DNA from: Heptranchias perlo
Lineage: Eukaryota
Reading direction: 5' to 3'
Assembly: GCF_035084215.1 (NCBI RefSeq)
Contig: NW_027139653.1
Span: forward strand, 1 to 64,000
DNA length: 64,000 bases
The position numbers and the translations under genes are program-made. Shown one piece after another: positions 42,099-55,064 of the stretch. Position 1 is the first letter of the stretch, and each line of letters starts with the position of its first letter. Under the pieces are notes generated by a model. The model saw only the letters and a program-made list of their open reading frames with translations, was not told the origin of the DNA and ran no database searches.

Positions 42099-42150
42099 AT
42101 GCTGCTTGTTACTTTACTGAACGTTTACTGTGTGCCCAACGTCTCCTCTG
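42099..42150 (+). CDS. MHC class I leader exon, copy 4 (closest intact leader, 10.7 kb from alpha1)
   Basis: Identical 52-nt exon with GTAAGC donor at 42151. Confidence 0.82.
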
Positions 42151-45100
42151 GTAAGCAAATCAAACAGCTTCTATCTGTGGACAGTATTTGAGGGGACACC
42201 GAGATTGAACCCATCTTCATCACAAGATGCTCTCGAGCGGCCCCTGGGTTTGGACTATCTCATTGCCTTGGGTGTGTGAGAGATTCAGGTTAAGGATGAT
42301 CCCTGTTCTGGGGAGGGGTCACTGGGAGAGGTTGTGTCACTGATCTGTTTGCAAAGTGTTTGTTTGAGGCACTTTTCTTCAATTATTGTCAAGGCTCACA
42401 GACAAATAACAGCCATTTGGGGGGTGAGGTATTAGAGCTGTACCTCGGAAGCAGTGGAAGGGAAGGGGATGGAGGGAATGGGAAGGGACAGGAAAGAAAA
42501 GGAAGGGAAAGGGAAGGGAAGGAATCAGAAAGGAAGGGAAAGGGAATGGAAGGGGAGGGAAGGAAAACCCTTTCCCTCGGATGGTGTTTGAAGGAGGATT
42601 CCATTATCCCCTTTCACATAACGGGCTCGATTGTGGTTTTAGCTCCGAGACATTAGGCATCACCTGGGCTGAGTTCAGAACGGAAATCTGGCCGGGCGGG
42701 GGGGATTTCAATGGATGGAAAATGCTCCAGGTTCTGTTCCTGCCGTGTGATCCTCCTCTCCAGATTTTGCTCTCTCTCTGCCCCGCCCAGTTGATGCTGA
42801 ACACCCAGGTGGTAAAGGTGAAAATCGACCTCAATATTACTGGACCACAGACACGTGTGAACCTTTCAGAGATTGTGTTCTGATCGATGTGTTCTGCCTC
42901 CTCCCTCTCACCCCCATCCCTTGTTCGTGCCAAAACCCCATCAGCTCCTCCAACTCCACAGAATTGACTCGAAGGTTCATTTCTTCACCTTTAAAGCCCT
43001 CTCTGTCCTCCTCCCTTCCCACCTCCGCAATCTCCCCCAATCTCATGCCCCCACATGCCCCCTCCGCTCCTCCCACACCGGCCTAACCTCTCCTTCTCCA
43101 CTGCCTCTGTTCCACCACTGAGAGCCGATCCTTCAGTCTCTCCTGTCCCTGCCCTCTCCAGCAATCTCCCTCAGGATTCCTGCCTTGTCCCTTCCCGGCC
43201 TCTCCACTGTTCCTGAATCAACTTCTGTCCGTGATTCTGGCTCCTCTTAAATCCTCTCTTTGGGCTCCTCCCTCCTGCTCTGTGCTCTGAGGCGTCTCCC
43301 TGCACACGAGGGCTGCTGGAGTAATGTAAGCTGCTGCACACAGTCAAAGCATCTCATCGGAACATGGGAACAGGACGAGGCCATTCAGCCCCTCAAGCCT
43401 GTTCCGCCATTCAATTAGATCATGGCCGACCTGTTTCTTAACACCACCCACCCGCATTGTTGCCATATCCCATAATAACCTTGCCGAACAAAAATCGATC
43501 AATCTCAGTTGTGAAATTTTCAATTGACCCCCAGCCTCAACAGCATTTTGGGGGAGAGAGTTCCAGATTTCCACTCCCCTTTGTGTGAAGAAACGCTTCC
43601 TGACATCACCCCTGAACGGCCTGGCTCTAATTTTAAGGTGACGCCCCCTTGTTCTGGACTCTCCCACCGGAGGAAATAGTTTCTCTCTATCTACCCTATC
43701 AGATCCTTCAATGATCTTAATTACAGCACCCGTTAATCTTCTGCACTCAAGGGAATACAAGCCTGGTCTGTGCAACCTGTCCTCATAATTTAACCCTTTC
43801 AGCCCCCGGTATGAAAGTACTTCTCATAATGAATGGCGTTTCCGACATTACAACAGTGATGACACTTTCACATTACTTCACTTTCTGTGAAGCGCTTTGG
43901 GACATCCTGAGGTTGTGAAAGGTGATGTATAAAAAGATCTTTTGTTCTTTCCGAACCTTCTTGTGCTGCTTCAGCAGGGTGACACTGAAATCGAAGCAGA
44001 TTCGAAGCCTGCCCCCCCGTTCCCACCTTCACCTCACAGCAACACAATGGACTTTGGACTGTCCGATGTCCGATGTGTTGCTCAGGCCCACGACTGACTT
44101 TTATTTCTGAGCAAACACTGCCCGTTTATTATAGTCTCTGAGCGGGTCAAGGCCAAAGTGAACTCTGTGTGTCCGATTGTGGGGAGAATGAGCTGCTGAC
44201 TCTTCAATAATCAACTGGTGCTCGAGGCAAAAATACTCACAGTGATGTTGATCTGGGTGAATTAGAATAAATTGGCATCGAAGCAAATTCACAGACAGAT
44301 TTTTATGTTAATTTTCAATGCACCGTCTTCGAGTCGCGCTTAACATGAGGCTCCTCAGAACAGCAATCCATGAGGATAACAGAACATTGAACAATGTCAC
44401 CAAATCCAGTCAGTGGACGTCATGCTCAAACTGAGGGGGAGGGGGAAAGGGAGGGAGAGGGATAGTGGGAGGGAGATGGAGAGGGAGAAGGGGAGGGGGA
44501 GTCGGAGGGAGAGTGGGAGGCAGAGGCTGAGGGGGAGGGGAGGGAGTGTGAAGGGGAGGGAGAGTGGAGGGGAGGGAGAGGCTGGGGGAGCTAGAGGGAG
44601 AGAGGGAGGGTGATGGGGAAGGGACAGAGAAGGGGAGCGAGAGGGAGAGGTGCGGGAGGGTGTGTGAGTGAAGAGAGAGGGTAAAGGTGGGGAGATGGGG
44701 AAGGAGAGGGGGAGTCAGACAAAGAGAGGGAGAGGAAAGGGAAGAGGACAAGGCAGATGGGGAGGGGGAGGGAGAGGGAGAGAATCGGAGAGGGAGAGAG
44801 GGATGGTGGGAGGGAGAGGTGGACGAGGAGGGGGAGGGGAGGGGGAGGGAGAGGGTGGGAGAGGGAAAGAGGGATTGTGGGAGGGAGAGGGGGATGAGGA
44901 GGGGGAGCGGAGGGAGAGGGAGTTTGGAGATTATCTGGTCATTATCTTGTTGCTGTTTGTGGGATCTTGCTGTGCGCAAATTGGCTGCCGTGTTTCCTAC
45001 ATTAAAACCGTGACGACACTTCACTAATACTTCACTGTCTGTAAAACTCTTTGGGAGGTCCTGAGGTGGTGAAATCACAATAGGAATGTGAGTCTCTCTT

Positions 45101-45636
45101 TTCTTTGTGGTCCCATTGCCAGTGAGAGTCGGTGCATTGGGAAGAGAATGGGAGGGGTGAAAGTGGGAGTCTGGAATAGACCATTGAAATACAGGGGGTG
45201 TAAACAGATGCGATGGTTCGGTGTTAATACTGGGCTGGGCCTCAGTGTGAACCCCTGCTGTAAGATGCAGGCTCAGACTCCACTCCCTGGGACCCAGTGA
45301 CCAGAACAAGTCCCTCCATTCTAACTGGATCTGGTTATCAGACGTGCTGCACACAAGCACCAATAAGTAGCTTCAGACTCGAGTGGTGTTGAAAACGCAA
45401 GAGATTAAGTTACTGTTACAGCAGCTTCTCTCCTGGTTAATCCGTGTCCATGACTGACATTTATTTCTGGTCAAACACTGCCTGTTTATTGTAGTCTCTG
45501 AGCACGTCAAAGCCAAGGTGAACTCTAAGGGGTCGATTTTAACCCCATGAACGGGTGGGTTTGGGTGCAGGTGGGAAGGTAAAAATTGTAAAAATCTAAA
45601 ACCCGCCTTCAAACCGACCACTTCCGGTTTTAACGG

Positions 45637-48600
45637 CATAGAACCATACAAAAGATACAGCACAGAAGGGGGCTATTCGGCCCATCGTGTCCGTGCCAGC
45701 TCGAAGAACAACCAGGTGCCCATTCTCATCCCACCTTCCAGCACCCGGTCCGTAGCCCTGCAGCTTACAGCACTTTAGATGCAGGTCCAGGTACTTTTTA
45801 AAAGAGTTGAGGGCCCCTGCCTCGACCACCAATTCAGGCAGCGAATTCCATACACCCACCACCCTCTGGGTAAAAGAGTTTTTCCTCATGTCCCCTCTAA
45901 TCCTTCCGCCAATCAGCTCAAATCTATGTCCTCTAGTTCTTGAACTCTCCGCTAGGGGAAACAGGTACTTCCTGTCTACTCTATCTGGGCCCCTCATAAT
46001 TTTGTACACCTCAATCAAGTCTCCCCTCAGCCTCCTCTGCTCCAAGGAAAACAACCCCAGCCTATCCAATCTCTCCTCGTAGCTGCAATTTTCAAGCCCT
46101 GGCAACATTCTTGTAAATCTTCTCTGCACTCTCTCCAGAGCAATTACGTCCTTCCTGTAATGTTGTCACCAGAACTGCGCACAATACTTCAGCTGTGGCC
46201 TTACCAGCGTTTTATACAGTTCCACATTACATCCCTGCTTTTGTATTCTATGCCTCTGCTAATAACGGAGGGCATTCCGTATGCCTTCTTCACAACCTTA
46301 TCTACCTGTACTGCCACCTTCAGGGACCTGTGCACATGCACTCCAAGGTCTCTCACTTCCTCTACCCCTCTCAATATATTCCCGTTTACTGCGTATTCCC
46401 TTTTACTGTTTGCCCTCCCTAAGTGCATTACCTCACACTTCTCCAGGTTGAACTCCATTTGCCACTTTTCCGCCCACTCCACCAACCCATTGATATCTTC
46501 TTGGAGTCTACAGCTATCCTCTTCACTGTCAACTACACGGACAATTTTTGTCGTCAATAAATTTGCCAATCATGCCCCCTACATTCAAGTCCAAATCATT
46601 AATATATACCACAAACAGCAAGGGACCCAACACTGAGCCTTGTGGCACACCACTGGAAACGGATTTCCATTCGCAAAGACATCCATCGACTTTTACCATT
46701 TGTTTCCTGTTACTGAGCCAATTTTGGATCCAATTCACCACATTTCCCTGTATCCCATGGGCTTTTACCTTTCTGACCAGTCTGCCATGTGGGACCTTGT
46801 CAAATGCCTTAATAAAATCCATGTAGACATCACTCTCATCAATCCTCCTTGTCACTTCCTCAAAGAATTTAATCAGATTTGTAAGGCATGACCTTCCCTG
46901 AACAAATCCATGCTGACTACCCCTGATTAAACCATGCCTTTCCAAGTGACAGTTTATCCTATCTCTCAGTATTGATTCTAATAGTTTGCCCACCACCGAG
47001 GTAAGACTGACCGGCCCATAATTGTTCGGCCTTTCCCTCGTACCCTTTTTAAAACAACAGTACTATGTTTGCAGTCTTACAGTCCTCCGGTACCTCCCCT
47101 GTATCTCGTGAGGATTGGAAAATGATCCTCAGCACATCCGCTATTTCCTCCCTGGCTTCCTTCAATAGCCTCGGAAACAATCCATCCGGCCCTGGTGACT
47201 TATCAACTTTCAAGGATTCCAGTCCCTCTAGTACTTCCTCTCTCGTTATGTTTACCTTATCCAATATTTCACACCTTTCCTCTTTAACTACTACGTCCGG
47301 ATCATCCCTTTCCCTTATGAATACGAAGACAAAATATTCATTTAAAACTCTACCCACATCCTCTGCTTCTACACACAAGTTACCCTTATCGTCCCTGATA
47401 GGTCCCATCTTTTCCTCAGCTATCCTCTTGTTCTTAATGTACTGATAAAACATCTTTGGGTTTTCTTTAATCTTACTCGTTAATATTTTTTCCTGCCCTC
47501 TCTTTGCTTTCCTTATTTCCTTTTTTACGTCATCCCTGTACTTTCTATACTCCTCCAGGCTTTCTGCAGTATTTAGTTTTCTGTGACAGTCATAAGCTTT
47601 CTTTTTCTGCTTTATCTTGCCCCGTATACTTCTAGACAACCAGGGGGCTCTAAATTTGGCAGTGCCACCCATTTCCTTTGAGGGGACGTGTCTGCATTGT
47701 ACCCGTAGAATTTCACTTTTGAGTGCCTCCCACTGGCTTGCCACTGATTTCTCCTCAAGTAGTTGTGTCCAGTCCACTTCTGCCAAATCACCTCTTGGTT
47801 CTGTAAAATTTGCCTTCCCCCAATTTAAAATGTTTACTCCTGATTTAACACTGTCCTTTTCCATAATAATGCTAAAACTAACTGAATTGTGGTCACTATC
47901 CCCATTATGGTCACCCACTGTCACTTCACCCACTTGCCCATCTTCATTTCCCAGGACTAAATCTAGAATGGCATCCCCTCTTGTTGGGCTTGTCACGTAT
48001 TGGCTAAAAAAGTTCTCCTGGACACCGATCAAGAATTTTGCGCCCTCTGTGCCCCTCACACTGTTTGAATCCCAGTTGATGTTAGGTTAGTTGAAGTCCC
48101 CTACTATTATTGCCCTCTTATTTTTGCACTCAGAAATTTGCCTACATATTTGTTCTTCTATCTCCCTTTCGCTATTCGGGGGTCGAGAGTACACTCCTAG
48201 TAGTGTGACTGCCCCTTTTTTATACCTTAGCTCAACCCATACGGCCTCGATTGATGATCCATTTAGCATATCATCCCTTCTCACAACTCTAATTGATTAT
48301 TTAACCAATAATGCTGCCCCCCTCCTTTTATATCACCCACTCTATCCTGCTTGAACACTCAATATCCAGGGATATTGAGCTGCCAATTATCCCCCTCTTT
48401 AAGCCAGGTTTCCATTATAGCAATGATATCATGCTGCCACGTGTCCATCTGTGCCCTTACATTGAAGTATATACCCTTTAACCCCGTCAAATTCCTGTGC
48501 TGAACACTATTTAACCTTTGCTTTTTTGCATTTCTGAGTTGCTAACTACGTCACTAACTGCTTTTCTACTTTGCGTTTCCTGGTCTGAATTTGTCCTGTC

Positions 48601-48950
48601 TGTACCTGCCCTTTGGTTCCCATCCCCCACCATACTAGTTTAAACCCTCCCCAACACAACTAGCAAATGTCCCCACGAGGATACTGGTCCCGGTTCTGCT
48701 TGGGTGCAATCCTTTCATCTTGTACAGGTCCCGCCTTTCCCAGAATCGGTCTCAATGCCTCAGGAATTTAAACCCCTCCCTCCTACACCATCTCTCAAGC
48801 CACGCATTCATCTGGTCTATTCTCCTATTTCTGCTCTCGCTGGCATGTGGCACTGGGAGTAATCCTGAGATTACTACCTCAGAGGTCCTGCTTTTTAATT
48901 TATTTCCTATCTCCCGATATTCTGCTTGCAGGACCTCATCCGTTTTTTTT
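45637..48950 (-). mobile_element. CR1 LINE of a different subfamily, 5'-truncated in ORF1, multiple frameshifts
   Basis: Endonuclease (GDFN, ILDLVLGN, DSDHN) and RT (YMDFIKAFDKVPH, GVPQGSVLGP) fragments in colinear order; ORF1 end at about 48640-48945. Confidence 0.94.
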
Positions 48951-50499
48951 TACAATACTTCACACTAAATTGTGGGAGTACGACTTAGGTTCAAACGAGT
49001 AAAAGGCGACTTGGGACAGACGTCAGGATGATATCTTCCTCATGCTAAAGCCTCGATTTTAACCTAACCTGTCCAGAGGGAATGGGATGGATTTGGTTCA
49101 GCTTCAATGGAGCGTAAAATCGGGCAGGGTATAAATAGGGCGAACCATGTGACCTGTTACTAAACGGGGAACAGAGAGGAGACAATAGGAGGGAGTCCAC
49201 AGTTAAAGTCAGAGGTCCTGTGGTGGGATAAAGTTGATGTAGATAGGGTGGAGTCAGCTTGGAGCATCAACCAACTGATGTCCAGGTTCGGTGACAGGGT
49301 GTGGAGGGTGAGTGAGTCCAGAAGCTATTTGAAGAGTAGATTATCGGAGGACGCACTGCTGGGGGGGGATTTCCGTGGGGATGAAGAGTCAGGAGGTTTG
49401 GAGAATCGATCGCAGAGCAGAAGAACAATGGTGAAGATGGAGGTCACTGTAAGATCTAGAAGCAGCGGAGGAATGGACTTCGGCCCAGGGGAGTGAATTT
49501 CTGGCCAGGAACCAGACTGTAGAAAAATAAAGCTGAAAAACCAGTAGTACAGTCATAAACTCAGCAGGTAATAGCTGGGGGATGGGCTGTGGGCTGGACA
49601 AAGTTACCTTAACTCTTAAGCAGCTGAGTCTTCCAGTGCAGTAGCGTAGTGTTGAGAAGTCGAGGAATTTAGAAGCCAAATTTGAGCAAAGATCCAGTTT
49701 TCACTGATGTAAACAAAGAGCAGGCCCGGTCGGGGAATGGGCAGTGGGCCCAGGTAAGTTTAAACTTGCAGCTTGAACTTGTGGGTAGGGGTAAAATGCA
49801 CCCACTATTAGAGCCAGGGAACTTAAACAGTGGAAGAGAGGAGATTGGGGGAGAAAGGGCAAAGGATGGCAATGGATGACCAAGGATAGGATTGTCCAGC
49901 AAAGGAGCTCCCGAGGGAGCAGCCAGCCCAGGAGCCATCTTGTTAACAGTAGGAATCGTAGGAACATAACATTGTACAGCACAGAAGAAGGCCATTTGGC
50001 CCATCATGCTATGCTGGCTCTCTGAAAGCGCTACCCACTTTCTCCTGACCTTTGCCCAGACTCTTTTAAAAAGAAAAATTTAAAAAAATATTTATCCACT
50101 TTCCTTTGAGCAGCTATTGTGGGACCTGTTCTGCCCTCTGGTCGGGCAGTCTGACCAATGCTTTCCTGCTCCAGAACTCCTGGGAGCTCCTAACGGAAGC
50201 TGCCACTTCACAAAGCTCTGAACTTCTCGCCAGTAAAATGAATGGTGGGAGAATCACGGCTGAGGAATTTTCCAACGTGGGCTAGTGGTGTCCGCTTGGA
50301 GCACTGAAGCAGGAAATCCCAGCCTCCGTCTCCGAACATCCCTCTCCATTAACAAAATTCCCCCTAATCTCTCCCTTTGCTCTTGATCTTAAATTTATGC
50401 CCTCTAGTTTCCGACTTACTGACCAACGGAAAGTGTTTATTCTCTTTATTTTACCAAACCCCTGATAGTTTGGACCCCTCCATCAGATCCCCTTGACCA

Positions 50500-51160
50500 T
50501 TAGCAATTAGGAAGGCAAATGGTATGTCGGCCTTTATTACAAGAGGATTTGAGTGCAGGAGTAAAGATGTCTTACTGCAATTATATAGGGCCTTGGTGAG
50601 ACCACACCTGGAGTATTGTGTGCAGTTTTGGTCTCCAAGAAAGGATATACTTGTCATAGAGGGAGTGCAACAAAGGTTCACCAGACTGATTCCTGGGATG
50701 GCGGGATTGTCGTATGAGGAGGGATTGAGTAGACTAGGCCTGTATTCTCTAGAGTTTGGAAGAATGAGAGGTGATCTCATTGAAACATACAAAATTCTTA
50801 CAGGGCTCGACAGGGCAGACGCAGGGAGGATGTTTCCCTTGGCTGGGGCGTCTAGGACCAGGGGTCACAGTCTCAGAATAAGGGGTAGGTCATTTAGGAC
50901 TGAGATGAGGAGAAATTTCTTCACTCAGAGGGTGGTGAATCTTTGGAATTCTCTACCCCAGAGGGCTGTGGAGGCTCAGTCATTGAGTACATTCAAAACA
51001 GAGATCGATAGATTTCCAGATATTAAAGGCATCAAGGGATATGGGGATAGTGCAGGAAAATGGCGTTGAGGTAGGAGATCAGCCATGATCTGATTGAGTG
51101 GTGGAGCAGGCTCGAGGGGCCGGATGGCCTACTCCTGTTCCTGTTTCTTATGTTCTTATC
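50500..51160 (+). mobile_element. CR1 3' fragment
   Basis: LYRALVRPHLEYCVQFWSP..RTRGHSLRIRG..FFTQRVVNLWNSLP; TTCTTATG tail. Confidence 0.93.
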
Positions 51161-51214
51161 TCTGTACCAATGAAAAGAATCCCAGTCTGTTCTCATAACT
51201 CAAGCCTCTCATCG

Positions 51215-51860
51215 GAACCTAGGTATAGGAGGAGGCCATTCAGCCCCTCGAGCCTGTTCTGCCATTCAATTACATCATGGCTTGATGCATATCTTAACTC
51301 CATCTACCAGCCTTGATTCCGTAACCCTTAATACCCTTACCTGACAGAAATCCATCAATCTCAGTTTTGAAATTTTCAATTGACCCCCAGCCTCAACAGC
51401 TTTTTGGGGGAGAGAGTTCCAGATTTCCACTCCCCTTTGTGTGTGGAAGAGTTTCCTGACATCACCCCTGAACGGCCTAGCTCTAATTTTAAGGTTATGC
51501 CCCCTTGTTCCGGACTCCCCCCACCGGAGGAAATAGTTTCTCTCTATCTACCCTATCAAATCCTTTAATCATCTCAAACACCTCAATTGGATCACCCCTT
51601 AATCTTCTACACTCAAGGGAATACAAGCCTCGTCGATGCAACCTGTCCTCATAATTTAACCCTCTAAGCCCCAGTATCATTCTGCTAAATCTCCAAGGCC
51701 AATCTATCCTTCCTGAGGTGCGGTTCCCAGAACTGAACACAGTATCTCCAGATGTGGTCTGACCAGAGCTCTGAACAGCTGGAACATAACTTCCTCCCCT
51801 TTGTATTCCAGCCCCCGAGATAAAGGCCAATGTTCCATTAGCCATTCCATTTTTGTAGCT
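51215..51860 (-). mobile_element. CR1 3' fragment (tail-to-tail with the previous one)
   Basis: GLYSLECRRLRGD and FRALVRPHLE; same family as 19320-19765. Confidence 0.88.
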
Positions 51861-51976
51861 GTCCACCAGATTCCCTGGGATCGCCCGAGCAAATCTCTTC
51901 CCGACCTTCTCCGTGAACTTGACATCCTCTTCAACACATGGTATCCAAAATCGGACGCAACGTCCTCACTGTGGCC

Positions 51977-52800
51977 TAATATGGGAAAATGTGAAGTCAT
52001 CCACTTTGGGAGGAAAAATAAAAAAGCAAAATATTATTTGAATGGAGAAATAATACAAAATGCTGCGGTAAAGAGGGATCTGGGTGTCCTCCTACATGAA
52101 ACACAAAAAGTCAACATACAGGTGCAGCAGGTAATCCGGAAGGCAAACGGAGTATTGGCCTTTATTTCTAGGGGGATGGAGTATAAAAGCAGGGAAGTCA
52201 TGCTACAACTGTACAGGGTGCTGGTGAGACCACACCTGGAGCACTGCGTACAGTTCTGGTGACCTTATTTAAGGAAGGACATACTTGCATTGGAGGCAGT
52301 TCAGAGAAGGTTCACGAGGTTGATTCCGGGTATGGAAGGGTTGTCTTATGAGGAAAGATTGAACAGGTTGGGTCTATACTCATTGGAGTTTTGAAGAATG
52401 AGAGGAGATCTTATGAAAAATACAAGATTCTGAGGGGACTCGATAGGGTAGATGCTGAGAGGACGTTACCCCTCATGGGGGAATCTAAAACTAGGGGGCA
52501 TAGTCTCAGAATAAGGGGTCGCCCGTTTAAGACGGAAATGAGGAGGAATTTCTTCTCCCAGAGGGTTGTGAATGTTTGGAATTCTTTATCCCAAAAAGCT
52601 GTGAAGGCTGAGTCATTGAATACATTCAAGGCTGAGTTAGACAAATTTTTGATCAGCAAGGGAGTCAAACGATATGGGTAAAGGGCGGGAAAGTGGAGTT
52701 GAGGTAAAAACCAGATCAGCCATGATCTCATTGAATGGCGGAGCAGGCTCGAGGGGCTGAATGGCCTACTCCTGCTGCTATCTCTTATGGTCTTATGGTC
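51977..52800 (+). mobile_element. CR1 3' fragment ending about 90 bp upstream of the alpha1 acceptor
   Basis: KCEVIHFGRKN..RDLGV..LVRPHLE..FFSQRVVNVWNSL; TCTTATGG tail. Confidence 0.93.
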
Positions 52801-52888
52801 TAACCAGGCTGAGCATTAGCCGTTTCCACTTTGAGTTACTTATGATTAACGTCATTTTTGAGACTGGTTTCTGTCTGTGATCCTGCAG

Positions 52889-53149
52889 ATTTCCACATCC
52901 TCGCATTTTACTACATACTGAGCCGTGGCGGGGCCGAGATGCCCGAGTACAGCTTGGTCGCGATGCTCGATGACTATGAGATAGTGTATTTCGACAGCAC
53001 CCTGCAGCGGACTGTGCCCAGACAGCAGTGGATGGCCGACTCCTTCGACAACCATCACTGGGACGCCATCGCCATCACAATGGCGGGGTTCCATGGTCTG
53101 GTCAGAGGAAACGCCGAGATATTTTACCGACAGCAACACAGTGCCTCGA
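52889..53149 (+). CDS. MHC class I heavy chain (nonclassical), alpha1 domain exon
   Basis: CTGCAG acceptor, A|GTGAGT donor, 261 nt, phase 1/1; (D)FHILAFYY..PEY..LDD..YFDS..VPRQQWM..HWD matches class I alpha1 motifs (H3, D29, FDS, PRxxW, W60). Confidence 0.95.
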
Positions 53150-53304
53150 GTGAGTATCCTCACAGATTCGGTGCAGCTATCGACTGACAGGAGGAAAGGA
53201 TTTGTATCCATTTTGAGCCTTATCCTGTCTCGGAGAAATGTCCCGAACCACTTTACACCCATTAAATGACTTGGGATGACCTAGTCATTGGCACTATCTG
53301 GGAG

Positions 53305-55055
53305 TAACATGGCAGACATTTTCTGCACAGCAAATGGCAATGAGATGATTGATTTGTTCATCTGTTTTTATTGGTGTGGATTGAGGGAGAAATGGGAGCA
53401 ATAGGTTCTTTTTATGTTCATTTGAACAGGAAGACGAGGCCTCAATTTAACGTCTCATCTGAAGGACGGCATCTCCGATAGTGCAGCACTCCCTCAGTAC
53501 TGCCCCTCCGACAATGCATCGCTCCCTCAGTACTGCCCCTCCGACAATGCATCGCTCCCTCAGTACTGCCCCTCCGACAATGCATCACTCCCTCAGTATT
53601 GCCTCTCCGACAATGCATCACTCCCTCAGTACTGACCCTCCGACAATGCATCACTCCCTCAGTACTGCCTCTCCGACAATGCATCACTCCCTCAGTACTG
53701 CCTCTCCGACAATGCATCACTCCCTCAGTACTGCCTCTCCGACAATGCATCACTCCCTCAGTACTGCCTCTCCGACAATGCATCACTCCCTCAGTATTGC
53801 CTCTCCGACAATGCATCACTCCCTCAGTACTGCCTCTCCGACAATGCATCACTCCCTCAGTATTGCCTCTCCGTCAGTGCAGCACTCCCTCAGTACTGCC
53901 CCTCCGTCAGTGCAGCACTCCCTCAGTACTGCCCCTCCGACAGTGCATCACTCCCTCAGTACTGCCTCTCTGACAGTGCATCACTCCCTCAGTACTGCCC
54001 CTCCGACAGTGCATCACTCCCTCAGTACTGCCTCTCTGACAGTGCATCACTCCCTCAGTACTGCCCCTCCGACAATACATCACTCCCTCAGTACTGCCCC
54101 CCGACAGTGCAGCACTCCCTCAGTACTGCCTCTCTGACAGTGCATCACTCCCTCAGTACTGCCCCTCCGACAGTGCAGCGCTCCCTCAGTACTGCCCCTC
54201 CGACAGTGCAGCGCTCCCTCAGTACTGCCCCTCCGACAGTGCAGCACTCCCTCAGTACTGCCCCTCCGTCAGTGCAGCTCTCCCTCAGTACTGACCCTCC
54301 GACAGTGCAGCTCTCCCTCAGTACTGACCCTCCGACAGTGCATCACTCCCTCAGGACTGCCCCAACGTCAGTGCAGCTCTCCCTCAGTACTGCCCCTCCG
54401 ACAGTGCATCACTCCCTCAGTACTGCCCCTCCGACAGTGCATCACTCCCTCAGTACTGCCTCTCTGACAGTGCATCACTCCCTCAGTACTGCCCCTCCGA
54501 CAATACATCACTCCCTCAGTACTGCCCCCCGACAGTGCAGCACTCCCTCAGTACTGCCTCTCTGACAGTGCATCACTCCCTCAGTACTGCCCCTCCGACA
54601 GTGCAGCGCTCCCTCAGTACTGCCCCTCCGACAGTGCAGCGCTCCCTCAGTACTGCCTCTCCGACAGTGCAGCGCTCCCTCAGTCCTGCCCCTCCGACAG
54701 TGCAGCACTCCCTCAGTCCTGCCTCTCCGACAGTGCAGCGCTCCCTCAGTACTGCCCCTCCGACAGTGCAGCGCTCCCTCAGTACTGCCCCTCCGACAGT
54801 GCAGCACTCCCTCAGTCCTGCCTCTCCGACAGTGCAGCGCTCCCTCAGTACTGCCCCTCCGACAGTGCAGCGCTCCCTCAGTACTGCCCCTCCGACAGTG
54901 CAGCACTCCCTCAGTCCTGCCCCTCCGACAGTGCAGCACTCCCTCAGTACTGACCCTCCGACAGTGCAGCACTCCCTCAGTCCTGCACTGGAGTTTCAGC
55001 CCGGATAATGCGCTCAAATCTCTGGAGTGGGGCCTGAAACCACGACCTTCTTACT
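53305..55055 (-). mobile_element. Deu-domain SINE containing an internal 33-bp minisatellite expansion
   Basis: TTTAACGTCTCATCTGAAGGACGGCATCTCCGATAGTGCAGCACTCCCTCAGTACTGC before the array resumes as ACTGGAGT..CTCTGGAGTGGG after it. Confidence 0.75.
53478..54986. repeat. 33-bp minisatellite (about 45 copies)
   Basis: Unit CAGTACTGCCCCTCCGACAGTGCAGCACTCCCT. Confidence 0.97.
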
Positions 55056-55064
55056 CTCACCTCT

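Larger units (their letters stand above)
19128..45442. repeat. Five-copy direct tandem segmental duplication: about 19128-22424, 22425-29408, 29409-36171, 36172-43155 and 43156-45442 (partial)
   Basis: Near-identical blocks recur (e.g. GTGATGTATAAAAAGATC at 19877, 23192, 30173, 36939, 43922). Basic unit is about 3.3 kb; copies 2-4 are 6.8-7.0 kb because of a shared LINE. Confidence 0.97.
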
